Below are positions 48,236-57,191 of a stretch of DNA of 64,000 nt, piece by piece; the first letter of the stretch is position 1, and the number at the start of each line of letters is the position of its first letter. The DNA comes from Planctomycetota bacterium (GTDB lineage Bacteria; Planctomycetota; JAJSAM01; JAJVHW01). The notes under the pieces were generated by a model. The model was not told the DNA's origin, did no database searches, and worked only from the letters and a program-made list of their open reading frames with translations. The stretch spans positions 928,001 through 992,000 of the forward strand of contig CBDFJG010000004.1 of NCBI GenBank assembly GCA_965248445.1, written 5' to 3'. Position numbers and translations under genes: made by a program.

Positions 48236-49450
48236 CTAGCAGAACGTGCGCGATGCGTCGGAGAGGCTCGGCGCCTGCTCCGACCGGAGTTTTATCGCGC
48301 GGCGGCTGTTCTCGATCTCGTCCTGTGGGACGTCGATGAGCGTTCCGAGCTTCAGGATGGTCGTGTGCACGCGGAAGCACGCGTCCCAGCCCGCCGCGCT
48401 GTCTCGGGCGTGCTTCAGAGAGAGAACAAACGACTCCACCGCAGCATCCTCGTCGCCCGCTGCTTGCAGTTCGAGACCGTAGTCGAGGTGGTAGCGCGCC
48501 AATCCGCCCAGATACTCGGCGTTCCAAGTCTTCACGATGTGACGCGGCCTGGACGGCGCGAGCCGGTCGATCAGGGCGCGGACTTTGGACAGGTTCAGGT
48601 GCATCTGTGGGAGCCGGCCGTCCTTGCGAGCGAGCTCCGCGAGCTTCAACACGATCGCCGGATTGTCCGGATCCGCGACCGCAGCCTGTCGGAGTGCATC
48701 CCCGGCGCCGTCTGCACCCTCGTCCGCGAGGATGAGCGCGCGGGACAGCAGAAGATGCGGATGTCCGGGCCACAGCGGATCTCCGTTTGCGTCTTTCGCC
48801 GCCAAGGCGCGGTCGAGTAGCGCGATGGCTGCCGGGTTCTCATTCAACCGGAACCTCGCGTTGGCCAGCCCCATGTAGTCGTCGAGCGTCGGCTGACCAC
48901 CGTGACGCTCGAGGGCGGCGAAGATCTGGGCGTAGTCGTTCGAGGCGCGGCTGAACGTCCCGAGATGCGTGTCGCTCGCCGACCGGCCGCGCCGCGCAAG
49001 GAACTCGATCTCCTCGCGGAGCGGAGCGTCCTGCGCCCACGCCTCCACGAGTTGAACGCTCGAGTGGAACGCCGATCGCGCGGTTCTCGGTTGCATCTTC
49101 TGCTGCTCCCAGAGGCCGTACGCGAGGGGCAGCCCGGCGTGCTTTGGCTCCAGGGACTCGAGTTTCTTGAGCAGCGGGAACGCGGACTCGCCGCCACCCT
49201 CGAGCAGGACCGCCGTCCCGAGCATGAAGAAGAGGTTCGGGTCCTCTCTGCCCAGTTTCCCCGCGAGATCGAGGGGCGCGATCGCGTCGCCGAAGCGCGT
49301 CCGTTCCGGATGCCACACGGCGTCCTGCCAGATGCGCGTCCCCTCGGCGAGGTGCTCGGCGGCGGGGTCCTTCTTCTCCGGGAAGAAGAGAACCCCGGCG
49401 ACCCCGGCGGCCACCACGATGGCGAGGGTGATCAGCGTCTTGCGGCGCAT
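48236..49450 (-). CDS. Membrane-anchored TPR protein
   Basis: N-terminal TM/signal anchor, helical TPR-like repeats (LESLEPKHA, AAVADPDNP). Confidence 0.75.
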   Translation of the reverse strand: MRRKTLITLAIVVAAGVAGVLFFPEKKDPAAEHLAEGTRIWQDAVWHPERTRFGDAIAPLDLAGKLGREDPNLFFMLGTAVLLEGGGESAFPLLKKLESLEPKHAGLPLAYGLWEQQKMQPRTARSAFHSSVQLVEAWAQDAPLREEIEFLARRGRSASDTHLGTFSRASNDYAQIFAALERHGGQPTLDDYMGLANARFRLNENPAAIALLDRALAAKDANGDPLWPGHPHLLLSRALILADEGADGAGDALRQAAVADPDNPAIVLKLAELARKDGRLPQMHLNLSKVRALIDRLAPSRPRHIVKTWNAEYLGGLARYHLDYGLELQAAGDEDAAVESFVLSLKHARDSAAGWDACFRVHTTILKLGTLIDVPQDEIENSRRAIKLRSEQAPSLSDASRTFC

Positions 49451-49579
49451 GCCGCCACGATACGCGGAGGCTGCTCATCTGCCAGCGAGGCGTCGGGGTA
49501 GGCTGTGCGGCGCCGCCATGACGTACTTCGCCGCGCTGCGTGCTGAGTGGGCGCGGCCGATAGCCGTGGAGGGCTGACG

Positions 49580-49927
49580 ATGAAGATCGAACAGGTGAAG
49601 TTCATCCTGATGGTGCAGGACATGGACCGCGCGGTCGCGTTCTGGCGCGACACCGTCGGATTGACGCAGGGGATGGTCTCCCCGTACTGGTCGGAGCTCC
49701 GGCACGGCGACACGATGGTGGCGTTGCACGGCGGCGGCGACGGGTCGTTCCGCCCGACGGGACTCGGACTTCAGGTCGACGACATCGAGGAGGCCACGGG
49801 GCTCTTCGCTGCCGGTGGCGCCGCGGTGCGTATGCCGCCGACCGAGCGCCCGCGCGAAGGCATCAAGATCGCGGACCTGACCGACCCCGAGGGGAACGGC
49901 TTCGGGGTCTCGCAGCTCATCAAGTGA
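49580..49927 (+). CDS. VOC/glyoxalase family protein
   Basis: VQDMDRAVAFWRD, LQVDDIE, DPEGN. Confidence 0.9.
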   Translation: MKIEQVKFILMVQDMDRAVAFWRDTVGLTQGMVSPYWSELRHGDTMVALHGGGDGSFRPTGLGLQVDDIEEATGLFAAGGAAVRMPPTERPREGIKIADLTDPEGNGFGVSQLIK

Positions 49928-50372
49928 TGAGCCGGATGTTGACCGGGTAGCGGTACCACTTGCCCTCGTTCGCCGCGATGGCAGCGAGGATGTGCAGCAC
50001 CAGCGTGACCACTCCGAGAACCGGCGCGAGCAAGAACCCGAACCCACCTGAGCAGAATCCCGCGATCACGATCGCGACGTACAGGATGAACGTGGTGATC
50101 GAGAAGTTCAGCGCTTCCTTCCCCTGATCGGCAGCGAACGGCATCTCGTCCTTCTTGATCAGATAGACGACCAGCGGACCGATCCACGAGACGACGAGCG
50201 GCGAGATGTGCGCGATCATCCCCCACGTGCGCGCCTCCTTGTCCTCTTCCGGCGGGCGGTCGAGAACGCTCGTCTGCGCGATCTCCCAGGCCTTGTCCGC
50301 GGCGCTCTCGAGCGACTCGGCGGCGCCCTCGAGTTCCTCTTTCAGGCCCCTCTTCTCGTTGTCGTCGGACAT
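49920..50372 (-). CDS. DUF4870 domain membrane protein
   Basis: WGMIAHIS, GPLVVYLIKK, QGKEALNFSIT, ANEGKWYRYP. Confidence 0.9.
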   Translation of the reverse strand: MSDDNEKRGLKEELEGAAESLESAADKAWEIAQTSVLDRPPEEDKEARTWGMIAHISPLVVSWIGPLVVYLIKKDEMPFAADQGKEALNFSITTFILYVAIVIAGFCSGGFGFLLAPVLGVVTLVLHILAAIAANEGKWYRYPVNIRLIT

Positions 50373-50396
50373 CCCATCCCCCCTCGCCTTCTCTGC

Positions 50397-51566
50397 CTAC
50401 GACGGCCGGTTGCGCCCCAGCTTCTCGTGCGCGGACACAAACTCGTGCGTGCAGAACGCCGCCATCAGCGACAGATCCCCCGCGAGTACGGTCGCCGCGA
50501 TGATCTCGGCGAAGACGTTCGCGCCGCCTTCTCCCCGGCAGCCGAGGATATCGAGACACTCGGCCGCCGTCCCCTGCGCCGTCCCGCCGCCCACGGTGCC
50601 GACGAGCAGCGACGGCAGAGTGACCGCCGCGTGCAGGTCGCCGTCCATGACCTCGAGATCGAGGAACCCCGTCGCGCTCTCCGTCACGTAGGCGACGTCC
50701 TGACCGCAGGCGAGCATCACCGCGGCGATGCCGTTCGCGGACTGCACCGTCCAGTTCTGCGTCCCGAGGTGTGCGTACCCCGTCGCGTAGCTGCGCTCGA
50801 TCGCCGCCAACTGCTCGGGAGTGACGCGCAACTTGTGTTCGAGCACGTCGCGCGGCACGCGCACCTCGGCGATCACGCTGCGTCCGCGGCCTTCGACGTG
50901 CGCTCGCGCGTTCGCACGCTTCTCGACGTCCTGTCCGTGGACGTACCGTTCGAGAGCGCTCGTGCGACGCGCGACCTCCGCCGAGCAGAGATCCGCGGCG
51001 TGGGCGGCCATGTTGATCCCGATCGCATCCGCCGTCGTGAACACGAGACGGAGGATCATCCGCCGCCCGATCACCTGCGGCTCCACACGCACCAGGCGGC
51101 CGTGGGAGGTGATGCCGCCGGTGATCTCTACGAGGTCCGGTTCAGCGGCGCGGGCCGCATCGGCCGCTGCGATCGCGTCCTTTGCGCTCCCGTACACGAG
51201 GATCGGGTGCTGGGAGAGTCCCTCCGCGACAACCCGTGCGCGCGCCCCGCCCGCGGCGCGGAGAACCGACATGCCACGCGAGTACGAGGCGACCATCGCA
51301 CCCTCGGTGGTGGCCATCGGCACGTAGACCTCGCGCACGCCCCCCGACGTGTCCGCCAGCAGCGGACCGGCGATGCCCACGGGCACCTGGGCGAACCCGA
51401 TCAGGTTCTCGATCTTGCCCTCGGCCTCCTCGGTCGGCACCGGCCGTCCCGCGAGGTGCCCGAGCTCCCGTCCCGCGACGTCCTCGCAGAGAGCCCGGCG
51501 CGCGGACGCCGCTGCGGGACTGTGGTCGTCGTGCGGATCTCTCGGGATGCGCTGCAATCCGCTCAT
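50397..51566 (-). CDS. hmgA: Class I (NADPH-type) 3-hydroxy-3-methylglutaryl-CoA reductase
   Basis: ENLIG..QVPVGIAGPL, VPMATTEGA, DAIGINM, ACGQDVA, VGTVGGGT, C-terminal catalytic His (AHEKLGR). Confidence 0.88.
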   Translation of the reverse strand: MSGLQRIPRDPHDDHSPAAASARRALCEDVAGRELGHLAGRPVPTEEAEGKIENLIGFAQVPVGIAGPLLADTSGGVREVYVPMATTEGAMVASYSRGMSVLRAAGGARARVVAEGLSQHPILVYGSAKDAIAAADAARAAEPDLVEITGGITSHGRLVRVEPQVIGRRMILRLVFTTADAIGINMAAHAADLCSAEVARRTSALERYVHGQDVEKRANARAHVEGRGRSVIAEVRVPRDVLEHKLRVTPEQLAAIERSYATGYAHLGTQNWTVQSANGIAAVMLACGQDVAYVTESATGFLDLEVMDGDLHAAVTLPSLLVGTVGGGTAQGTAAECLDILGCRGEGGANVFAEIIAATVLAGDLSLMAAFCTHEFVSAHEKLGRNRPS

Positions 51567-51897
51567 GCCGCCAGGCTACCTGCGGGGCCTCCGCTGTCCT
51601 CGCACGGCAGCAGTGGGTCGACGAACACGGCGTGAGCCACGATTGCGTCCGGTGGTGCCGGACGCAAGGCGCAAGGGGCGAACGCGACGCCGCAGCGTCG
51701 CTGAGTCTCGGCGACGCAGCAGATGGTGTTACCGGGCGCAACCGCTTGCGGTTGAGCGACTTGCGGCTGCCCGGCGGCGAGACGAGCGCCGCGCGACAGC
51801 GCAGAGCTCGGCTCGCCGACGCGGGCGCAGCCAGAAGCCGCACGTTGCGAGATCGTGGCCCGCGGCGTTCCGCGACACACTGCTATGCTCGTGTGCC

Positions 51898-53403
51898 GTG
51901 CGACTCCTCACCACGGCCGTGCTCCTGCTCGCAACGGTCGTCGTCGCGTCGCCGGCTGCGGCTGCGGACGACGTCGTCAGCGACGACTGGTACGCGATCT
52001 ACGTCAACGACACGAAGGCGGGTCACGCGCGCACGCAGATCGCACGGCGGAACGACGCCTCTCCTGGCGGCGTCGTCTGGATCACGGAGACGTCGTCGCG
52101 CTTCCGGCTCTCGCGCCTCGGTCAGGAAGTGCAGCTCTTCATCCGTACATCGATCGAGGAGGACGCCCGCGGTCGCGTGCGGCGCTTCTACTCCGCGCAG
52201 GTGATGAGCGAGACGGAGGTCGTCACCGAGGGTCTGGTCTCGGGCAAACGCATCCACCTGTCGTCCGGCGACGTCAAGACCACCGTCGACTACCCGGCCG
52301 GCGCGCTCGGCCCGCACGCCGTGGACGCGAAGGTCCGTCTCGCCGGGTACGAGAAAGGCGTGCGCACCGCGGCGCCCGCGTTCTCGACGGACTCGCCTTC
52401 CCGCGCGGCGCAGATGACGTTCAGCATGGGCGGCCGCGAGCCGCGTTCGATTCTGGGTCGCCGGATCGTGCTCGTCCGCTGCGACGTCAGCAACAGCAGG
52501 TCCGCGGCGCGGACCTCGGCGATGTGGCTCGATCGTCACGGCACCATGCTCGAGAGCATCGCGGAGGTTCCGGGCATCGGGCGCCTGCGCATGGTGAAGG
52601 CCGAGCGGGCGATCGCCACGACCCTGTCGTCGCCTGCGGAGATCTTCGCGAACGCGCTCGTGGCGCCCGACCGCGGCATCCCGTCGCCGCGGCGGAGCAC
52701 GCGGCTCGTGCTTCGACTGGCCCGCAAGAGCGGAGCGGCATTCGGGACGACCATCCCGGCCGAGGGAGCCCAGCGCGTTCGACCCGACGGCGACCGGGCC
52801 GTCCTGGTCACCGTCCAGGTGCGTAACAAGCGTCCGGAGAGCGTCTTCCCGCGGCCGGTCCCTGCCACCGGCCGGTCCCGCTGGCTGTCCGCGACTCCGT
52901 ACCTCGAGATCGCCGACGAGGAGGTCCGGCGCCACGCCGCCGCGGCGGTGGGGGACTCGCGGGACGCCTTCGCGGCCGCCGCGAGGATCGAGCGCTACGT
53001 CCGCGCGCACGTCGACGACAAGGGGTATGACGTCGGATTCGCCACCGCCGCCGAGGTCGCGCGCCGCAAGGAAGGCGACTGCACGGAGCACGCCGTGCTC
53101 TCCGCGGCGCTCGCCCGGGCCTCCGGACTGCCGTCTCGAGTGGTCGCCGGACTGGTCTATCTGCCCGGAATGTCCACGGAGGGTGTGGGCCCGCGCGGCG
53201 CGTTCGGTTATCACATGTGGGCGGAGGTCCTCGTCGCCGAGGGCGTCTGGCGTCCCGTCGACGCCGCCTTGGGCGGTTTCGATGCGACCCACATCGCACT
53301 CGGACGGAGTGACCTCGCGCTCGAAAGCCCCCTAGGCGACCTCGTGCTCCCACTCCTGGAAACGATCCGAGATCTGACGATCGAGGTGGTGGAGGTCCGC
53401 TGA
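51898..53403 (+). CDS. Secreted transglutaminase-like (Cys-His-Asp) domain protein
   Basis: Signal peptide from GTG 51898; GDCTEHA, GLPSRVVAGL, YHMWAEV, WRPVDA. Confidence 0.9.
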   Translation: MRLLTTAVLLLATVVVASPAAAADDVVSDDWYAIYVNDTKAGHARTQIARRNDASPGGVVWITETSSRFRLSRLGQEVQLFIRTSIEEDARGRVRRFYSAQVMSETEVVTEGLVSGKRIHLSSGDVKTTVDYPAGALGPHAVDAKVRLAGYEKGVRTAAPAFSTDSPSRAAQMTFSMGGREPRSILGRRIVLVRCDVSNSRSAARTSAMWLDRHGTMLESIAEVPGIGRLRMVKAERAIATTLSSPAEIFANALVAPDRGIPSPRRSTRLVLRLARKSGAAFGTTIPAEGAQRVRPDGDRAVLVTVQVRNKRPESVFPRPVPATGRSRWLSATPYLEIADEEVRRHAAAAVGDSRDAFAAAARIERYVRAHVDDKGYDVGFATAAEVARRKEGDCTEHAVLSAALARASGLPSRVVAGLVYLPGMSTEGVGPRGAFGYHMWAEVLVAEGVWRPVDAALGGFDATHIALGRSDLALESPLGDLVLPLLETIRDLTIEVVEVR

Positions 53404-54833
53404 TGCACGGCGACCGTGAGAGCAAGCACCGTGAGAGCAAGGGACGAGGAACGGTGGGACAGGACGCGCGCAACGGGCAGAGCGCGACGGACGACACGCC
53501 GGACATCACGAGCCAGGGCTGGCTCTTCGACCGTCCTCCCTCTGTGGAAAAATGTGCGCAAATGACGATGCACCAGCGCGACGGCGGCGATTCCACGTCA
53601 AGCGAGCAGTCCGATGCTTCGGGCGATGCTCCCGACGCTGTCTCGGACGCTGTCTCGGACGCTGCGCCTGCGCCGGAGCCCGCGCGGGCGCGCAAGTCCG
53701 GCAAGCCGCGACTCGGTCGCGGACTCGCCGCTCTCGTCACCATGCACCACGACTCGGTCGAGGTTGCGGGCGAGGGGCACGTCCTCCACCTGCTGTCCGA
53801 CATCGAACCGCTGGCCGTGGAGGCGCGGTCTACGTTCACTCCGGACACGCCGGCTCCGCCGCCACTGCTGATCGGCATCCGTGCACGACGTGGTGCACCG
53901 CCGCGCGTGAAGCGACCGGCAGCGTCGCCGGACATTGGGCCGGAACGCGGCACACCCGTCGAACCGGAGCGCGCACCTGAACCGGTGCGCGCTCCTGAAC
54001 CGGTGTCGCGTCTGCCGGCGGCGGATCCGATTCCCGTTCCGGTCGAGCAGCCCGTGGAAGCCGTTGCCGAAACGGTCGCGGAGTTGGCGTCACCGCACGT
54101 AGTCGCCGAGTGGGCCCGTCGCCCGCCGGCCGACATCGTGACCGCCGGCGGAGGCACTGCCGTCATGAGCGAACGCGTTGCGTACGTCGAACCGATCGCC
54201 GCTGCCGCGCCGGCCGACCTCGTGCGTTTGGCGCCGGTGTTGTCTTCTGGCGGGTTGTCTACTGGCTCATCCGCGGACGCGGATGACGCGGTTGGTGCGA
54301 CGTTGGCCGCACCGGTTGAAACGCCACCGGTCGTCGACACCGTCGCGCCCGTGCCGCCGGTCTATGCGGAACCGGACTCCTTTGCGGACGAGTTCTTCGA
54401 TCCACCACTCGCCGCTTACGCAGCGAGTGGTGGATTGTATTCTGGCCCATCCGCTGACGCGGATGGCGCGGTTGGAGCGTCGTCGTCGGTGGCGCAGCAG
54501 CCGGAACCGGCGGCTGTTGTTCCGGTGCCTGCGCCTGCGCCGGAGGCGGTGGTTCCGGAACCGGAGCCGGAAGTTGTGCCGGAGCCGGAGATCGTTGCGC
54601 TGTCGGCGGCGCCCGCGCCGCGGACGGCGGTGGTTGATCCGTTCGGAGGCACCACGGTGTTCTCTCGCGGACCGGTCAATCTCGACACGAGCGTCCCGGA
54701 GCAGGAGCAGACCGCGCCGCCGTTCGAGGAGTACCTCGCGCCGGCGCCTCGCCCAGCCGTGATGCTGGACGACGAAGTCTTCTTCGACGACCAGATCGTC
54801 GGGTCCTACCTCCCCGAAGTAGAGCTCGAATAG
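53403..54833 (+). CDS. Pro/Ala/Glu-rich intrinsically disordered protein with an LGRGL motif; start uncertain
   Basis: TGATG overlap with the upstream gene; low complexity; internal repeats. Confidence 0.65.
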   Translation: MHGDRESKHRESKGRGTVGQDARNGQSATDDTPDITSQGWLFDRPPSVEKCAQMTMHQRDGGDSTSSEQSDASGDAPDAVSDAVSDAAPAPEPARARKSGKPRLGRGLAALVTMHHDSVEVAGEGHVLHLLSDIEPLAVEARSTFTPDTPAPPPLLIGIRARRGAPPRVKRPAASPDIGPERGTPVEPERAPEPVRAPEPVSRLPAADPIPVPVEQPVEAVAETVAELASPHVVAEWARRPPADIVTAGGGTAVMSERVAYVEPIAAAAPADLVRLAPVLSSGGLSTGSSADADDAVGATLAAPVETPPVVDTVAPVPPVYAEPDSFADEFFDPPLAAYAASGGLYSGPSADADGAVGASSSVAQQPEPAAVVPVPAPAPEAVVPEPEPEVVPEPEIVALSAAPAPRTAVVDPFGGTTVFSRGPVNLDTSVPEQEQTAPPFEEYLAPAPRPAVMLDDEVFFDDQIVGSYLPEVELE

Positions 54834-55044
54834 GACGCAAGCCGAGCACGCGGCGGGGCGTCTAAACTCGGGGCGTGCCGAGACCTTTCCGGGAGCTCGA
54901 GTGTCCTGACCGGTGTCCCAGACTGGGTTCCCCATGGCTGGATTCGAGCCTGGGCGGGCCTCATCCGTTCCGGCACGGTCGTTGCGTCCCTCTGCCGGTC
55001 CCCCGAAGGGACGCGGTTCTGCTCGGGGGGAAAGGAGCCGGATC

Positions 55045-56682
55045 ATGAGCCACGACACGACGATCGAGACACGCCAGGGCATCGAAACACGCACGGGCAT
55101 CGAGACACGCAAGAGGCGCAGCCTCCGCGTCCCGGTGACATTTGCACTGGTGACCCTGCTGGGGCTCGCCTTCGGGACAGCCGACACGTCGGCTGCGCCG
55201 AACGACCCCCGCCTGGAGACCGTCGCTCACGCGCCCGGTTCCGGAGTGACCCGGCGCCCCGCGCTGCGCGAACGCGCCGCGGGCGCACAGGGACTCTCAC
55301 GCCGGATCGGGCGGCGCCCCCAGCGCGCCGACGGCCAGCGCGAGATCCCCGAGCACTTCCTCGAACTGGGCAAGATCTTCGGCGACGACGACCGCGAGCC
55401 GGTCGACGACACCGAGGCCTACCCCTGGGCCGCGGTTGCGAAGACGTTCAGCCACTTCCCGAACGGTGAGTGGATCGAAGGTTCCGCGGCGATGGTCGGC
55501 CCTGATCAGGCGCTGACCGCCGGGCACATCGTGTACGACCACGACCGCGGCGGGTGGGCGGACGAAGTTCAGGTCGTCCCGGGCTTCGACCTCGGGTTCG
55601 AGCCGTTCGGGACGTTCTTCGCGGACGATCTGCGAAGCCTGGCCGGCTGGACCGAGCAGGCGGACTTCGACTTCGATATCGCACTCATCGAACTGGATGA
55701 CGACGCCGGTGATCTCACGGGCTGGTTCGGCATCGCGTCGCGTTCGCGGCAGGAGTTGCTCGACGGCCTCCTGAACACGGCCGGCTACCCCGCCGACCTC
55801 GACGACGGTGAAGGCATGTGGTTCGCCTCGGACTTCGCACTCGACGTGGACGATCGGACGATCTCCATGGACCGGTTCCTGGACGCCGCCGGCGGACAGT
55901 CCGGCAGCGGTGTGTGGCTGAAGGAAGGCGACGATCGCGTCATCGTCGGTGTGCTCTCGAGCGAGACCAACACGGCGAACGTCGCCGTTCGCATCGCCGA
56001 CGACGTCTTTGACGTCCTCGACGCATGGCTTGCCGGTCCGGCGGTGCTCTCCGTGAACGATGTCTCGACCGACCTCCCCGTGGAGGTCACGGGCGGAGCG
56101 TCGGGCACCGTGTTCGTGGAGGTCACGAACTCGGGCAGCGGCGATGTCGTCACGACCGTGCGCGTCTACGCCGAGCCCGTGGTCGGATCCACGCTTCTCA
56201 TCGGTGAAGCCGCCGTGGACCTGCTCTCCGCCGAGACGCGGGAGATCGGTGTCGCGGTCACGATCCCGGACTCCGCCGAAGGTACCTACGACATCTTCGC
56301 GACGATCAACGACGACGGTGCGTTGGATGAAGCGGACGAGTCGGACAACGAACTTCTCGGTCCCGAGTTGATCGTCACCGAGCCCTGGGCCGACGCGGTC
56401 TCCGGGGAGAGTATTCGCGGTCGCCTCGTGCCGGGCGAGGTTGCGTTCGTGCGCGTGACGGTTCCGGCCGGGGCCCGCAAGCTGAAGCTCCGGCTGCGCG
56501 GCCTGTTCGGCGGCTTCGCCTCCGTGCAGAAGCCGAACGGCTCGGTGTCGAGCCTGTTCCCGGGCAGCCGCAAGAAGCGCAAGATAAAGTTCCCTCAGGA
56601 GGGCGTGTGGCTCATCCGCATCGTCAACTCCCCGAACTCCCGTCGCGACCGCACCTATCGCTTCAAGGCCGTGATCAAGTGA
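55045..56682 (+). CDS. Secreted trypsin-like (V8/glutamyl endopeptidase-type) serine protease with CARDB-like and basic C-terminal domains
   Basis: ALTAGH, DFDIAL, GYP, GQSGS; EADESDN CARDB-like motif; AAGGAG RBS. Confidence 0.88.
   Translation: MSHDTTIETRQGIETRTGIETRKRRSLRVPVTFALVTLLGLAFGTADTSAAPNDPRLETVAHAPGSGVTRRPALRERAAGAQGLSRRIGRRPQRADGQREIPEHFLELGKIFGDDDREPVDDTEAYPWAAVAKTFSHFPNGEWIEGSAAMVGPDQALTAGHIVYDHDRGGWADEVQVVPGFDLGFEPFGTFFADDLRSLAGWTEQADFDFDIALIELDDDAGDLTGWFGIASRSRQELLDGLLNTAGYPADLDDGEGMWFASDFALDVDDRTISMDRFLDAAGGQSGSGVWLKEGDDRVIVGVLSSETNTANVAVRIADDVFDVLDAWLAGPAVLSVNDVSTDLPVEVTGGASGTVFVEVTNSGSGDVVTTVRVYAEPVVGSTLLIGEAAVDLLSAETREIGVAVTIPDSAEGTYDIFATINDDGALDEADESDNELLGPELIVTEPWADAVSGESIRGRLVPGEVAFVRVTVPAGARKLKLRLRGLFGGFASVQKPNGSVSSLFPGSRKKRKIKFPQEGVWLIRIVNSPNSRRDRTYRFKAVIK
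55063..55110 (+). repeat. 18-bp in-frame tandem repeat (IETRQG/IETRTG/IETR) in the protease leader
   Basis: ATCGAGACACGCCAGGGC ATCGAAACACGCACGGGC ATCGAGACACGC. Confidence 0.75.
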
Positions 56683-56702
56683 TCGCGCGGTAGTCTGACC
56701 GG

Positions 56703-57161
56703 GTGGACGCACCTCTTCGCCCGCCGCTGCGCACGGTTTTATTCCGTGCGCTCGGCGGGCGTTGTCCGTCCTGCGGCGACGGGCGCATCTTCCGGCGCGG
56801 TTTCCGCCGGGAAGATCGCTGCACCACATGCGACTGGCCGCTCGAACGCGGCGAGGGTCACTGGCTGGGCGGCTCGGAACTCTGCATGATCGCGACGTTC
56901 TGGATCGCCTGCATCGCCTTCATCGTGCTGCACCGCTTCGTCGCGCTGTCGGTCGTGACGATGGTGTTCGCGGGGGCGACGACGGTCGCCCTCTCGCTTC
57001 TCATGTACCGCCGCAGCCGCTCGATCTTCGTCGCGCTCGACTTCCTCGCGGACCCTGTGCTCGACGCGGGCCAGGGACCCGACGATCGCGAGCTGGGCGG
57101 TGTCCGCCCCCTGCGCCCCGGTCCCACGCCGGCGCGTCTCGCGCCTCGCTCGCCGAGATGA
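56703..57161 (+). CDS. DUF983 family membrane protein
   Basis: RCPSCGDGRIF...CTTC zinc ribbon followed by two TM helices. Confidence 0.8.
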   Translation: MDAPLRPPLRTVLFRALGGRCPSCGDGRIFRRGFRREDRCTTCDWPLERGEGHWLGGSELCMIATFWIACIAFIVLHRFVALSVVTMVFAGATTVALSLLMYRRSRSIFVALDFLADPVLDAGQGPDDRELGGVRPLRPGPTPARLAPRSPR

Positions 57162-57191
57162 GCCGGCACCAGCGAAAGTAGCGGCGGGGAT

